Shown here piece by piece: positions 36,232 to 45,125 of a DNA stretch of 64,000 nt. The stretch's first letter is position 1; each line of letters opens with the position of its first letter. A model generated the notes under the pieces. That model was not told the origin of the DNA and searched no databases. It saw only the letters and a program-made list of their open reading frames with translations. Location: NCBI GenBank assembly GCA_033720975.1, contig JAWWBL010000001.1, positions 8,611 to 72,610 on the forward strand, written 5' to 3'. The DNA comes from Acidimicrobiia bacterium (GTDB taxonomy: Bacteria > Actinomycetota > Acidimicrobiia > Spongiisociales > ZC4RG35). The translations under genes and the position numbers were made by a program.

Positions 36232-37224
36232 ATGGACACTCGGAGGGCGACACGATGGCTTGTCTCGATCGCGGCGACTGCAGGGCTAATCGGTTCGTGC
36301 TCGGCACTGACACCTTTGAGCGAACCCCTGGCCGAGACGATCGAGTACGAGTCGGTGAGCTTCCCCGGACGGCTGTGGGACCCATTCCTCCCCGACATCT
36401 CAGAGGGGGAGCCGGTGACAATCGCCGGCCACCTCACCGTGCCTGCAACGGACCGCCCCGTCCCAGCTGTGGTCATAGCCCATGGATGCGGAGGCCTTGG
36501 AGGCGCAGAGTGGGGTTGGGTCGACGTTTTGGCCGAAGCAGGCGTCGCAGCTTTCCTCGTTGACAGCTTCGGGGCACGAGGCATCACCAACATCTGCGGA
36601 GGAACCGAGACGATCAATGTGGCGAGTCCAATCGTTGACGTGTACCGGGCAGCCGAGGCCCTCGACGCTCACCCTTACGTCGACGGTTCAAGGCTCGCAG
36701 TCATGGGGTTCTCCTTCGGAGGACGAACCGCCATCTGGGCGGAGTTCGCCCGATTCCAGGAGGCATACGAGGGTCATCCATTCGTTGGCTACATCGCCTT
36801 CTACCCCTCCACCTGCTTCATCGAGCTGGAGGACGAGGGCGAGGTCGTCGGGGGACCGCTGCGGATCTTCCACGGAACTGCTGATGACTACACGCCAATA
36901 GATCAATGCCACCGCATGGTTGATCGGATGTCGGCGCTCGGTGTGGACGCAGAGATCAACGAGTACCCAGGTGCGCCCCACTCGTTCGACAACGTCATGC
37001 TCGGCTGGTCGCCGATCCACATGAGTCTGTGGGCTCTCAGCCCCCGTGGCTGTGAATTCATGGAGCAAGAAGGAGCCATCATCGATCCCGAAACAGGCCA
37101 GGCCGCGGGTGTCGGATCAACGTGCGTCGAGCGAGGAGTCACCTACGGATACGACGAGGAGGCCCGGGAGCAGGCGGAGGACGACCTGCTCGAACTGCTC
37201 GGCCGATTGTTCAACGAGGAATAG
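36232..37224 (+). CDS. Dienelactone-hydrolase-family alpha/beta hydrolase, probable lipoprotein
   Basis: Lipobox-like LIGSCS. HGCGG and the nucleophile elbow GFSFGG. C-terminal His region (GAPHSF). Confidence 0.7.
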   Translation: MDTRRATRWLVSIAATAGLIGSCSALTPLSEPLAETIEYESVSFPGRLWDPFLPDISEGEPVTIAGHLTVPATDRPVPAVVIAHGCGGLGGAEWGWVDVLAEAGVAAFLVDSFGARGITNICGGTETINVASPIVDVYRAAEALDAHPYVDGSRLAVMGFSFGGRTAIWAEFARFQEAYEGHPFVGYIAFYPSTCFIELEDEGEVVGGPLRIFHGTADDYTPIDQCHRMVDRMSALGVDAEINEYPGAPHSFDNVMLGWSPIHMSLWALSPRGCEFMEQEGAIIDPETGQAAGVGSTCVERGVTYGYDEEAREQAEDDLLELLGRLFNEE

Positions 37225-37282
37225 AGACCTCGCCGAGCACGGGCAGTGAGGCAGGCCTCACCCTAGAACGGAGGCGTCCCTG

Positions 37283-37744
37283 GTGTTGCGGCAGGCACAT
37301 CATTCGTACTCTCAGGCCATGGAGGAACGAGGATCTGTCCTGGCCCGCAGGTCGCTCCTGATCATTGGAGTGCTAATGGCTCTTGCTGGCCTTTACATCG
37401 TGGTCCAACCGGTCGATGCCAACGACTTCCAGGGAACCACCGGCGTGGTGTGGTCCGACTTCCAGAATGCCAACCCAGAGCCGGCTGCGTACCTGGAGAG
37501 GGAGGGACGTCTCCTCGGGGTCTCTTTCGCGTTTTTGGGAATCGTGGCGGCCGGGATGTCGGCAACGGTTCTCCGGAGGAACGATCGGAGCGCCTGGATC
37601 GTTGCCTGGTTCCTCCCCTTGACCCTTGCTAGCGCCGCCGCGGTTTTCTTCGGTGGCGACGGTGCGATGCTGGGCGCCTTCTACGCAGTTGCCGCGCTGA
37701 CTGCCGGAACCTTGGTGGCTATCGGAACCCGAACGGCGAGCTAG
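37283..37744 (+). CDS. Hypothetical membrane protein
   Basis: 153-aa ORF with 4 hydrophobic helices. Confidence 0.4.
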   Translation: MLRQAHHSYSQAMEERGSVLARRSLLIIGVLMALAGLYIVVQPVDANDFQGTTGVVWSDFQNANPEPAAYLEREGRLLGVSFAFLGIVAAGMSATVLRRNDRSAWIVAWFLPLTLASAAAVFFGGDGAMLGAFYAVAALTAGTLVAIGTRTAS

Positions 37745-40700
37745 GCCCGAGCCCTTTCGGCCTCCTCGAGTCCCTCGATGTCGTCCAACTGATGCAACAG
37801 TCGGGTCGCGCCAATCCGGGAAGCTGTGGATCTGGCGGCTTCCACTATCTCTGAGAAACGCTGATCCCCCTGATCGACAACCGCAGCAAGGTCGACCCGC
37901 GCTTCGAGCCCCACATACGTCTGGTCATAGCGGTCACAGATCGTCACGGCGGTCGCAAAGTGGTTGGCCGCTTCATCTGGTTCGCCCCTGGCCACGGACA
38001 TGTGCCCCAGGGCTCGAGCTATTCCAGCCTCGGGAAGGCTCCCAGTACCTCGCTCACTACCGTCGATGAGAGCACTGATCCTCTGAGTCTCGCCGAGCGA
38101 GGCGAGCGGTCCCGTCACGTATGGGATAAACATGTCTCGGTGAATGCCGATCGCATCCGATCCGAACCGGTCAGCAAGTGTGAGCATCCGTGACGTGTCG
38201 GCCGACGGAGCGAAGACGGTCACACCGAGCGCAAGGGTTGGACCCAGCGTCTGCTGCTCCCCGGTGCCGGTCGCGAAGGCAATGTGCTCATCCCACTCTC
38301 GACGGACATCCTCTCCCCGAACGAACCTCATCCAGTTCCTTTGAATCCTTATAACCTGACCCGCCTGGCTACCGCCGCGTTCGTCATCCGACCGAATCAG
38401 CTCGTTCGCGAGCGACATGCTCTCGTCCCAGTCACCGGTCCATAGGAGAATCTCCGACTTCGTCAGCTTCGCCCACTCCTCATTGGTGGGCAGGCCGCGC
38501 TCGACCGAGATTGCGAGTGCCTCGTCGATGAGCGGAACCGCCCGAGCGGGCGAACCGACCATGTAGTGGAGCGTGGCGAGATTGTTTCGGATCCGCATCA
38601 TCAGACCGGAGAAGTTGCCCTCATCCGCCATCTGCATGGCGCGCATCATCCCGTCGAAACCCCCATCTCCCTGCCAGTATGAGGAACGGGCTAGGAACTC
38701 GGCCTTATTCTCCGCCGATCCGTGGGCCTCTATCAGTGGGGCAATCCGCTTGCTCTCCGGCAGAGACTCGGCCGTGTCGCCCTTGAGGTCGAGGAGTGTG
38801 TAGCGGTTGAGCATCGCCTGCGCCTTTGCTTGGCTATCAGGCCGGTTTGAGAGAAGGCGGGCCGCCCGGTCCGCCTTCTCGAACGCCTCGTCGACCTCCC
38901 CTCTCCACCAGAGCCAACTCGACATGTCTCCCAACGCGAGGGCTTCGCCCTCGCGATCATCGGCCTCGTGGAACAGCCGAACTGCCTCGTCGAGCAGGCG
39001 CAGCCCGCCATCCACATCGTCCTGGTCAAGCACCCCTATCCATCTGAGGGCCTCGGCTCGGTCCAGTGGGGACATCGCGGCTTCTGCAGCCTTGTGGTAA
39101 TAGGCTATTCCTCGGCGCGGATCTAGCTCCCTTGCGCGCTCAGCGGCCTGCATGAGGGCTCGATAGGCACGCTGCCGGAGCTCCTCATCTGGGTCCTGGG
39201 TAAGGGTTATGGCCTCTCCCAGGTGATAGGCGAGTAGCTCCGATACGTCAACGACTCTCTCTCCGCTGACCGTCTCGATCCATCTGGCTGTCGCCTGGTG
39301 GAGATGTGCCCGGTCGTCTCGGGCCAGACGCCCATAGGCCACGTCCCTCACCAGGGCGTGAACGAACGCATATTCCTCTTGTCCGTGCATCGACGGGTCG
39401 CGTATTGGCCGGATCAGCTCTCGGCGCATCAGCTCACGCAAGGCCCCTCGCGAGTGAGAGGACGGCCTCAGCGCGGCAACCGCGCCCGACCAGAAGACCT
39501 TGCCCACAACTGCCGCAGCTTGAAGAAGGTCCTTCTCCTCACCCTCGAGAAGGTCCAAGCGGGCCCCGATGATGGCCTGGACCGAGTCCGGCAGACCGAG
39601 ATCGCTGATTCGGCCGGCTTCGTCTAGCAAGTTCGCCTCTTCTGCCAGCCGAACGAACTCGGTCACGTAAAGAGGGTTTCCGCCTGCTTTCTCGAGGATC
39701 ATCTGCTGGGAGTCGGCAGGCAGCACAGCCCTCTCGAGAAGTGCGGCAAGAAGCTGAGCGGCGGCGGCGTTGGCCAGCGGGGAGAGCGTCAAAGTTACTG
39801 CGTTCCGAACTCCTCCCCCCCAATCAGGCCGACTCGACAAAAGCTCAGGCCGAGCGGCTGTAACCAGGAGGATCGGCACATCGATCGCCCATTCGGCGAG
39901 ATGCTCCAGGAATTCCAGCAGGGCATCGTCGGCCCAATGAATGTCCTCAACCACCAGCACGAGAGGGTTTTTCTGGGCCATGGCACTGAAGAAACGGAGC
40001 CATGCCGAGAACAGCTCGCCTTGCTCGACGGATTGGTCATCGGTGAAAGTGCCCGCCAAAGGGGAAAGACGTCTCTGCACCCATTCTGCCTGTGCCTCCT
40101 CGGCGATGAGGCTCACCACCGCGTGTCGCAGCTTGCGGCTGGCTTCCTCATCGGAATCAGTCTCCAGGATCCCTGCTTGGGCCTTGACGATCTCACCAAG
40201 GGCCCAAAAGGTGATGCCCTCTCCGTAGGGCAGGCAGCGACCCTGTTTCCACCACAGGACGTCCGGCATCCTGTCGAGGACCGCTTTGAACTCGTGGAGA
40301 AGCCGACTCTTTCCGGAGCCTGGCTCGCCAATGATCGTGATCATCTGGACTGTCGAAGCCGTTTGGGTTCGATGAAGCGAGTCAACCAAGACCGCTAACT
40401 CCCGGTCCCGGCCGACAAACGGGCCCTTGTGGCGCTCCGTGACCGCAACCCCCTGGCGCGCCCTGGCGTGGGTCGCTTGCCAAATCGCAATCCGTGCGGC
40501 CTTTCCTTTCAACTCGACCGATTCGAGGTCGACGAACTCGATGGCGGCTCGGGTCGCCAGGTAGGTGCGCTCATCGACGACTATCCCGCCTTCGGGAGCC
40601 ACCGCCTCGAGCCGGGAAGCAGTATTGACGACATCGCCCACGATCGACTCCCGGTCCTTGTTGTCCGGATCGAGCTGGACGATGGCCTCCCCAGTAGTGA

Positions 40701-41196
40701 CGGCGATGCGCACGGATAGCCCGAGATCAGGCTGAGCCTCGTTGAGGGCGCCAATTTGCTCCTGGATTCGAAGCGCTGCGCGCACAGTGCGCTCCGGGTC
40801 ATCCTCATGGGCGGTGGGTACACCGAACACGGCGAACACACCGTCACCCATGAGCTTTTCGACCTTCCCACCGTGAGCCTCTACCTGCTCACGGACTGTG
40901 CGGTGATACACGGTCAGGCGCGCCCTGACGTCTTCAGGATCGGATCGCTCGGTCCTCGCGGTGAAGCCGGCGAGATCGGCGAACAGCACCGAAACCAGTT
41001 TCTTCTCCTCGGCGGCGCGATGGGCATCGTCAGGCTTGGAGGCGAGAGACTCCCCACAGTTGGCGCAGAACTTCGCACCCGGCGCGGCCTCGGCGCCGCA
41101 GTTGGGGCAGGCGCGGGCCAGTGACGATCCGCAATTCGCACAGAACTTTGCGCCCTCCGCTGCCTCTGCACCACAGGAAGGGCAACTGACATTCAC
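37741..41196 (-). CDS. Multidomain signalling protein: tandem zinc-ribbons + class III adenylate/guanylate cyclase + STAND/AAA NTPase + TPR repeats (1151 aa)
   Basis: N-terminal CPSCG...CANCG x2. Cyclase block SVLFADLAGFTARTE ... KLMGDGVFAVFG. Walker A IIGEPGSGKSRLL and Walker B LVLVVEDIHWAD. The C-terminal ~600 aa are helical TPR-like repeats. Confidence 0.85.
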   Translation of the reverse strand: MNVSCPSCGAEAAEGAKFCANCGSSLARACPNCGAEAAPGAKFCANCGESLASKPDDAHRAAEEKKLVSVLFADLAGFTARTERSDPEDVRARLTVYHRTVREQVEAHGGKVEKLMGDGVFAVFGVPTAHEDDPERTVRAALRIQEQIGALNEAQPDLGLSVRIAVTTGEAIVQLDPDNKDRESIVGDVVNTASRLEAVAPEGGIVVDERTYLATRAAIEFVDLESVELKGKAARIAIWQATHARARQGVAVTERHKGPFVGRDRELAVLVDSLHRTQTASTVQMITIIGEPGSGKSRLLHEFKAVLDRMPDVLWWKQGRCLPYGEGITFWALGEIVKAQAGILETDSDEEASRKLRHAVVSLIAEEAQAEWVQRRLSPLAGTFTDDQSVEQGELFSAWLRFFSAMAQKNPLVLVVEDIHWADDALLEFLEHLAEWAIDVPILLVTAARPELLSSRPDWGGGVRNAVTLTLSPLANAAAAQLLAALLERAVLPADSQQMILEKAGGNPLYVTEFVRLAEEANLLDEAGRISDLGLPDSVQAIIGARLDLLEGEEKDLLQAAAVVGKVFWSGAVAALRPSSHSRGALRELMRRELIRPIRDPSMHGQEEYAFVHALVRDVAYGRLARDDRAHLHQATARWIETVSGERVVDVSELLAYHLGEAITLTQDPDEELRQRAYRALMQAAERARELDPRRGIAYYHKAAEAAMSPLDRAEALRWIGVLDQDDVDGGLRLLDEAVRLFHEADDREGEALALGDMSSWLWWRGEVDEAFEKADRAARLLSNRPDSQAKAQAMLNRYTLLDLKGDTAESLPESKRIAPLIEAHGSAENKAEFLARSSYWQGDGGFDGMMRAMQMADEGNFSGLMMRIRNNLATLHYMVGSPARAVPLIDEALAISVERGLPTNEEWAKLTKSEILLWTGDWDESMSLANELIRSDDERGGSQAGQVIRIQRNWMRFVRGEDVRREWDEHIAFATGTGEQQTLGPTLALGVTVFAPSADTSRMLTLADRFGSDAIGIHRDMFIPYVTGPLASLGETQRISALIDGSERGTGSLPEAGIARALGHMSVARGEPDEAANHFATAVTICDRYDQTYVGLEARVDLAAVVDQGDQRFSEIVEAARSTASRIGATRLLHQLDDIEGLEEAERARA

Positions 41197-41238
41197 TGGA
41201 GAAACTCTAGGGAGCGCCTTCGACGAGACGCCCGGTTC

Positions 41239-41604
41239 TCACGACCGCAGCGCCTTTCGCAGGGCAAAGAGGGCCAGCAGGAACGTGACGCCGATCTTGG
41301 TCACATCGATCAGCGGCTGAACCTCGATTCCAGCCGGGGAGACTCTGATCACAGCCACCGGTCTTCCTTGAGCGCTACCCCCACCGCCGGCGCCAAGCCC
41401 CCGACCATTGTCATCGCCTCCTCCGCCAAAACCGTATCCGCCTGCTCTCTCCCACGCCGCGGCCATGATCACCACCGAGTCACCGACCTTCTCGGGCTCT
41501 GAAAACACGGTGTCGGGTCTGGCCTCGCCGAATATCCCTTTCAGTGCGGCAGCCGCAGCATCACCACCGGCGGCGTAGCCGAGTCCTTCTCTTGCCTCAC
41601 TCAT
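41239..41604 (-). CDS. GerW/YtfJ-family protein
   Basis: EPEKVGDSVVIMAAAWERAGGYGFGGGGD resembles the GerW core. Lies 42 nt upstream of the cyclase-STAND gene on the same strand. Confidence 0.6.
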   Translation of the reverse strand: MSEAREGLGYAAGGDAAAAALKGIFGEARPDTVFSEPEKVGDSVVIMAAAWERAGGYGFGGGGDDNGRGLGAGGGGSAQGRPVAVIRVSPAGIEVQPLIDVTKIGVTFLLALFALRKALRS

Positions 41605-41851
41605 CGTTCAACCTCCTGAGGACGAACATCACAGCGACAGCGATAGCCAATCGGGCTAGCCCTGTGAAGTCATGGATGCGGCGTTTCCGGCCGCCGTGTA
41701 GCTCGATCCACCCTGGACGGCTGTACTCGACTCCGAAGCGGAACCATGGCGTCGACATCGAGACCCCAAAGTGAGCGCTCACCGGCGTCACGGTCAACCC
41801 GGACACAGAGATCGGAACGCTCCTTTGCCTCTCGTTGTGCCACCTGATCAC
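41597..41851 (-). CDS. Small hypothetical protein (84 aa), first gene of the GerW operon
   Basis: 8-nt overlap with the GerW-like start. One hydrophobic C-terminal helix. Confidence 0.3.
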   Translation of the reverse strand: MIRWHNERQRSVPISVSGLTVTPVSAHFGVSMSTPWFRFGVEYSRPGWIELHGGRKRRIHDFTGLARLAIAVAVMFVLRRLNDE

Positions 41852-41888
41852 GTTTCAATCCTACGTTCGACCCGGTAATTTCGGTTAG

Positions 41889-42296
41889 GTGAGAACTGCG
41901 GAGATCACCATCGAGACCGACCGGCACGCAGCAGCCGTCGACCTCACCTCGGACGCCGTTGATTTCTGCCGGGATCAGGGAGACGGGCTGCTCTCGGTGT
42001 ACGTGCCCCATGCCACCGCAGGACTGGCGATATTCGAGACCGGAGCAGGGTCGGACAGGGACGTACTCTCATCGATCGACGAGCTATGGCCCCGCGACAG
42101 GTCCAGGTGGTCTCACGAGCACGGAACGCCGGGTCACGGCCGGGATCACGTGCTGCCGGCATTCATCGCCCCCTCGATCACGATCCCGGTCGTCGGCGGC
42201 GCCATGCAACTCGGAACTTGGCAGTCGCTTGTCTTGATCGACACCAACGTCGACAACCCGATCCGAAAAGTGCGTTTCAGCTTCCTACCCGGTTGA
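41889..42296 (+). CDS. YjbQ/UPF0047-family protein (secondary thiamine-phosphate synthase-like)
   Basis: Carries most conserved UPF0047 blocks: GLLSVYVPHATAGLAI ... HVLPAFIAPSITIPVVGG ... LGTWQSLVLID. Confidence 0.8.
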   Translation: MRTAEITIETDRHAAAVDLTSDAVDFCRDQGDGLLSVYVPHATAGLAIFETGAGSDRDVLSSIDELWPRDRSRWSHEHGTPGHGRDHVLPAFIAPSITIPVVGGAMQLGTWQSLVLIDTNVDNPIRKVRFSFLPG

Positions 42297-42331
42297 GGTC
42301 TGGCCGGTTTGGGATAGCCTTCTCGGTTGCC

Positions 42332-43294
42332 ATGAACAGGCAGCTCTTCCCCCAGAACGTAATCGCCATGATCTGGGACTTCGACAAGACACTTATACCC
42401 GGCAACATGCAGGGACCCCTCTTCCGGCACTACGGGATCGACGAGACCGAGTTCTGGAAAGAGGTGGACGGGCTGGAGGAGTTCTACCGCAGCCGGGGAG
42501 CGAAGCTGATCCAAAGGGACCACCTCTATCTTCACCACATCCTCACCTACGTGCGTGAGGGCCGCATGCCAGGGCTGAGCAACGCACTGCTACGGGAGTT
42601 GGGCGCAGAGATCGAGTTCTACAGCGGAATGCCCGACTACCTGGAGATGGCGCGAAAGGCGATCGAGTCCAACCCCCACTATGCCGAGCACCAGATCCGG
42701 ATTGAGCATTACATCGTGTCAACGGGGCTGCGCGAGATGATCCTTGGATCCTCGGTTGCTCGCCAAATCGAGTTCGTCTGGGCCTGCGAGTTCACCGAGC
42801 AGGTAGCCCCGCCCGATTACGAACTGCACCAGGGTCGGCTCTTCTCACCCGAGGGCGAGATCCGCCAGCTGATCTACACCATCGACAACACCTCGAAGAC
42901 CCGAGCCATCTTCGAGATCAACAAGGGGACCAACAAGAATCCAACCATCGACGTCAACGCCAAGATCGCAAGGGAAGACCGCCGGGTTCCGTTCCAGAAC
43001 ATGATCTACGTCGCGGACGGCCCCTCGGACGTTCCAGTGTTCTCCATCATCAACGAGAACGGCGGTCGGACCTACGCGGTATACCAACCCGGGTCGGAGC
43101 GGCAGTTTCAGCAAGCCGCGCGGCTCCTGGAGCAAAACCGTGTCGACGCTTTCGGGGAGGCCGACTATTCGGAGGGATCACACACCGCGATGTGGCTCCG
43201 CCATGCTGCCGAGACCATCGCGGACCGGATCGTCCAGGACCGCGAGGAAGCGCTCAACGAACGAATGGGTCTCCCACCCCGCCACGTGGAATAA
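42332..43294 (+). CDS. HAD-superfamily hydrolase-like protein (320 aa)
   Basis: Motif I WDFDKTL and motif IV VADGPSDVP. Trimmed from the track ORF 42086.., whose 5' 82 codons overlap yjbQ out of frame. Confidence 0.6.
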   Translation: MNRQLFPQNVIAMIWDFDKTLIPGNMQGPLFRHYGIDETEFWKEVDGLEEFYRSRGAKLIQRDHLYLHHILTYVREGRMPGLSNALLRELGAEIEFYSGMPDYLEMARKAIESNPHYAEHQIRIEHYIVSTGLREMILGSSVARQIEFVWACEFTEQVAPPDYELHQGRLFSPEGEIRQLIYTIDNTSKTRAIFEINKGTNKNPTIDVNAKIAREDRRVPFQNMIYVADGPSDVPVFSIINENGGRTYAVYQPGSERQFQQAARLLEQNRVDAFGEADYSEGSHTAMWLRHAAETIADRIVQDREEALNERMGLPPRHVE

Positions 43295-43396
43295 AGCCTG
43301 GCGCGTTCTACGCGGCCAAAGTCCGGGATACCGGACGTGGAACCTTAGGTTGGCATGTAGACCGATCCGGGCGGGGTCTCCGTGGGATAATCGAGT

Positions 43397-44275
43397 GTGG
43401 AGTGGCTCACTGACCTGATCGGCGATAGCGCGGCGGCCAACAATGTCTTGCTTTCGGCCGCCGTCTTCCTCCTGGTGCTGCTCGTGCGCTACACCTTGCT
43501 GCGGATAATCGACTCGAGCGTCGACGACACGGAGGCTCAATACCGGGCCCGGAAGATCGTGAATTACGTCGCAACGGTCCTCTTCCTCATCTCACTGGCG
43601 TTCATATGGGTCGAGGCCTTCGACAGTCTCCCCACCTACCTGGGACTCGTTTCCGCCGGTATTGCCATCGCCTTGGCCGATGTGCTGAAGAACATGGCCG
43701 GGTGGGTCCTGATCCTGACCCGCAAGCCTTTCCAGGTTGGAGACCGCATCGAGGTAAAGGGCTTGATCGGAGACGTCGTCGACGTCCGCCTATTCAGATT
43801 CTCGATGCTCGAGATCGGAGGATGGGTCGACGCCGAGCAGTCAACGGGACGTCTAGTCCACGTTCCCAACGGTTTGGTGTTCAACGAGCCTGTCGCCAAT
43901 TACACCGAAGGGTTCGCCTACGTATGGGACGAGATCCCGATCCTCGTCACGTTCGAATCCGACTGGAAGCTCGCCGAACAGCTGATCGCGGGAATCCTGG
44001 AGGCTGAGGCTCCAGACGTCGAAGGCGCAGCCGGCACGAGGATCCGAGAAACGGCGCGGCTCTACAACATCCGGATCGGGACTCTGACACCTGTCGTATA
44101 CGTGTCAGTGAAGGACAGCGGCGTTCTCCTCACCGCCCGCTATCTGGTGGAGACGCGCACCCGCCGTGGACGCGCCGACCGGATCTGGCGCGCCGTCCTC
44201 GACGCGTTCGAAGCAGAACCAAAGATCGAGCTTGCCTACCCGACGATCCGGACTTTCCGGTCCGACAAGGTTTGA
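43397..44275 (+). CDS. Small-conductance mechanosensitive channel (MscS family)
   Basis: Three TM helices, then FQVGDRIEVKGLIGDVVDVRLFRFSMLEIGG, the MscS beta-domain signature. GTG start. Confidence 0.8.
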   Translation: MEWLTDLIGDSAAANNVLLSAAVFLLVLLVRYTLLRIIDSSVDDTEAQYRARKIVNYVATVLFLISLAFIWVEAFDSLPTYLGLVSAGIAIALADVLKNMAGWVLILTRKPFQVGDRIEVKGLIGDVVDVRLFRFSMLEIGGWVDAEQSTGRLVHVPNGLVFNEPVANYTEGFAYVWDEIPILVTFESDWKLAEQLIAGILEAEAPDVEGAAGTRIRETARLYNIRIGTLTPVVYVSVKDSGVLLTARYLVETRTRRGRADRIWRAVLDAFEAEPKIELAYPTIRTFRSDKV

Positions 44276-45048
44276 ACCTCGAAGCGCTGATCGCCGAGGC
44301 AGCGCACACTCTTGCTGCGGCCGACCAGATCCTCGTGTTCACGGGCGCCGGGTTGAGCACCGAGTCCGGTATCCCGGACTTCCGGGGGCCCGATGGGCTG
44401 TGGAGCAAGGTCGATCCTGACGACTTCACCATCGAACGCTTCGTCGTCAACCGCGATCTCAGAGTTCGAGGTTGGAGGATGCATGCCGACGGCGAGTTGT
44501 GGGGAGCGAGATCGACAGTCTCGCCCAACACGGGCCACGAGGCGATCGTGTCACTCGAGCGGGCGGGGCGCTTGGCCGGAGTCATCACACAGAACGTCGA
44601 CGGCCTCCATCTCAAGTCCGGTCTTTCCACCGAGCACGTCGCAGAGCTTCACGGCAATGTCCGTGACAGCCGGTGTCTCAGCTGTGGCCATGAGTGGGAG
44701 ACGACCGAAGTGCTCGAGTGGGTTGATGCCGGTGAGGAAGACCCTCACTGCACCGAATGTGGAGGGATCGTCAAGACGGCAACCGTGATGTTTGGCCAGC
44801 TTCTCCCGGAGGATGAGCTGCGCAAGGCATCGGTCTTCCTCTCCATCGCCGACGCGGTTTTGGTGGTCGGATCCACCGTCGGTGTGTGGCCCGCCGCTGA
44901 CTTCGTGATGAGAGCGGCCCAGCAGGCCAAGCCCATCGTGATCATCAACCGCGGCGAGACCGAGGCCGACCGTCTCGCCTCGGTCAAGATCGACGCCGGT
45001 ATCGGTGATGTGCTTCCACGAATCGTCGAGCGAGTCCTGGATAGTTAA
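44272..45048 (+). CDS. NAD-dependent protein deacylase (sirtuin, CobB/Sir2 family)
   Basis: GAGLSTESGIPDFRG, QNVDGLH, and the zinc ribbon CLSCG...CTECGG. TTG start overlapping the mscS stop. Confidence 0.85.
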   Translation: MNLEALIAEAAHTLAAADQILVFTGAGLSTESGIPDFRGPDGLWSKVDPDDFTIERFVVNRDLRVRGWRMHADGELWGARSTVSPNTGHEAIVSLERAGRLAGVITQNVDGLHLKSGLSTEHVAELHGNVRDSRCLSCGHEWETTEVLEWVDAGEEDPHCTECGGIVKTATVMFGQLLPEDELRKASVFLSIADAVLVVGSTVGVWPAADFVMRAAQQAKPIVIINRGETEADRLASVKIDAGIGDVLPRIVERVLDS

Positions 45049-45125
45049 AGCGATCGAACGCGATCGAGATCCCGAACGGCAAGGTCCGAGCTTCTGCTAT
45101 TAGCAGGCCAGGTACCATCACACCC

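Noticed and set aside
42086-42331. 5' extension of the HAD-like ORF overlapping yjbQ
   Set aside because: It overlaps the well-supported YjbQ gene in another frame. The HAD motif I (DFDKTL) lies just after the internal Met at 42332.
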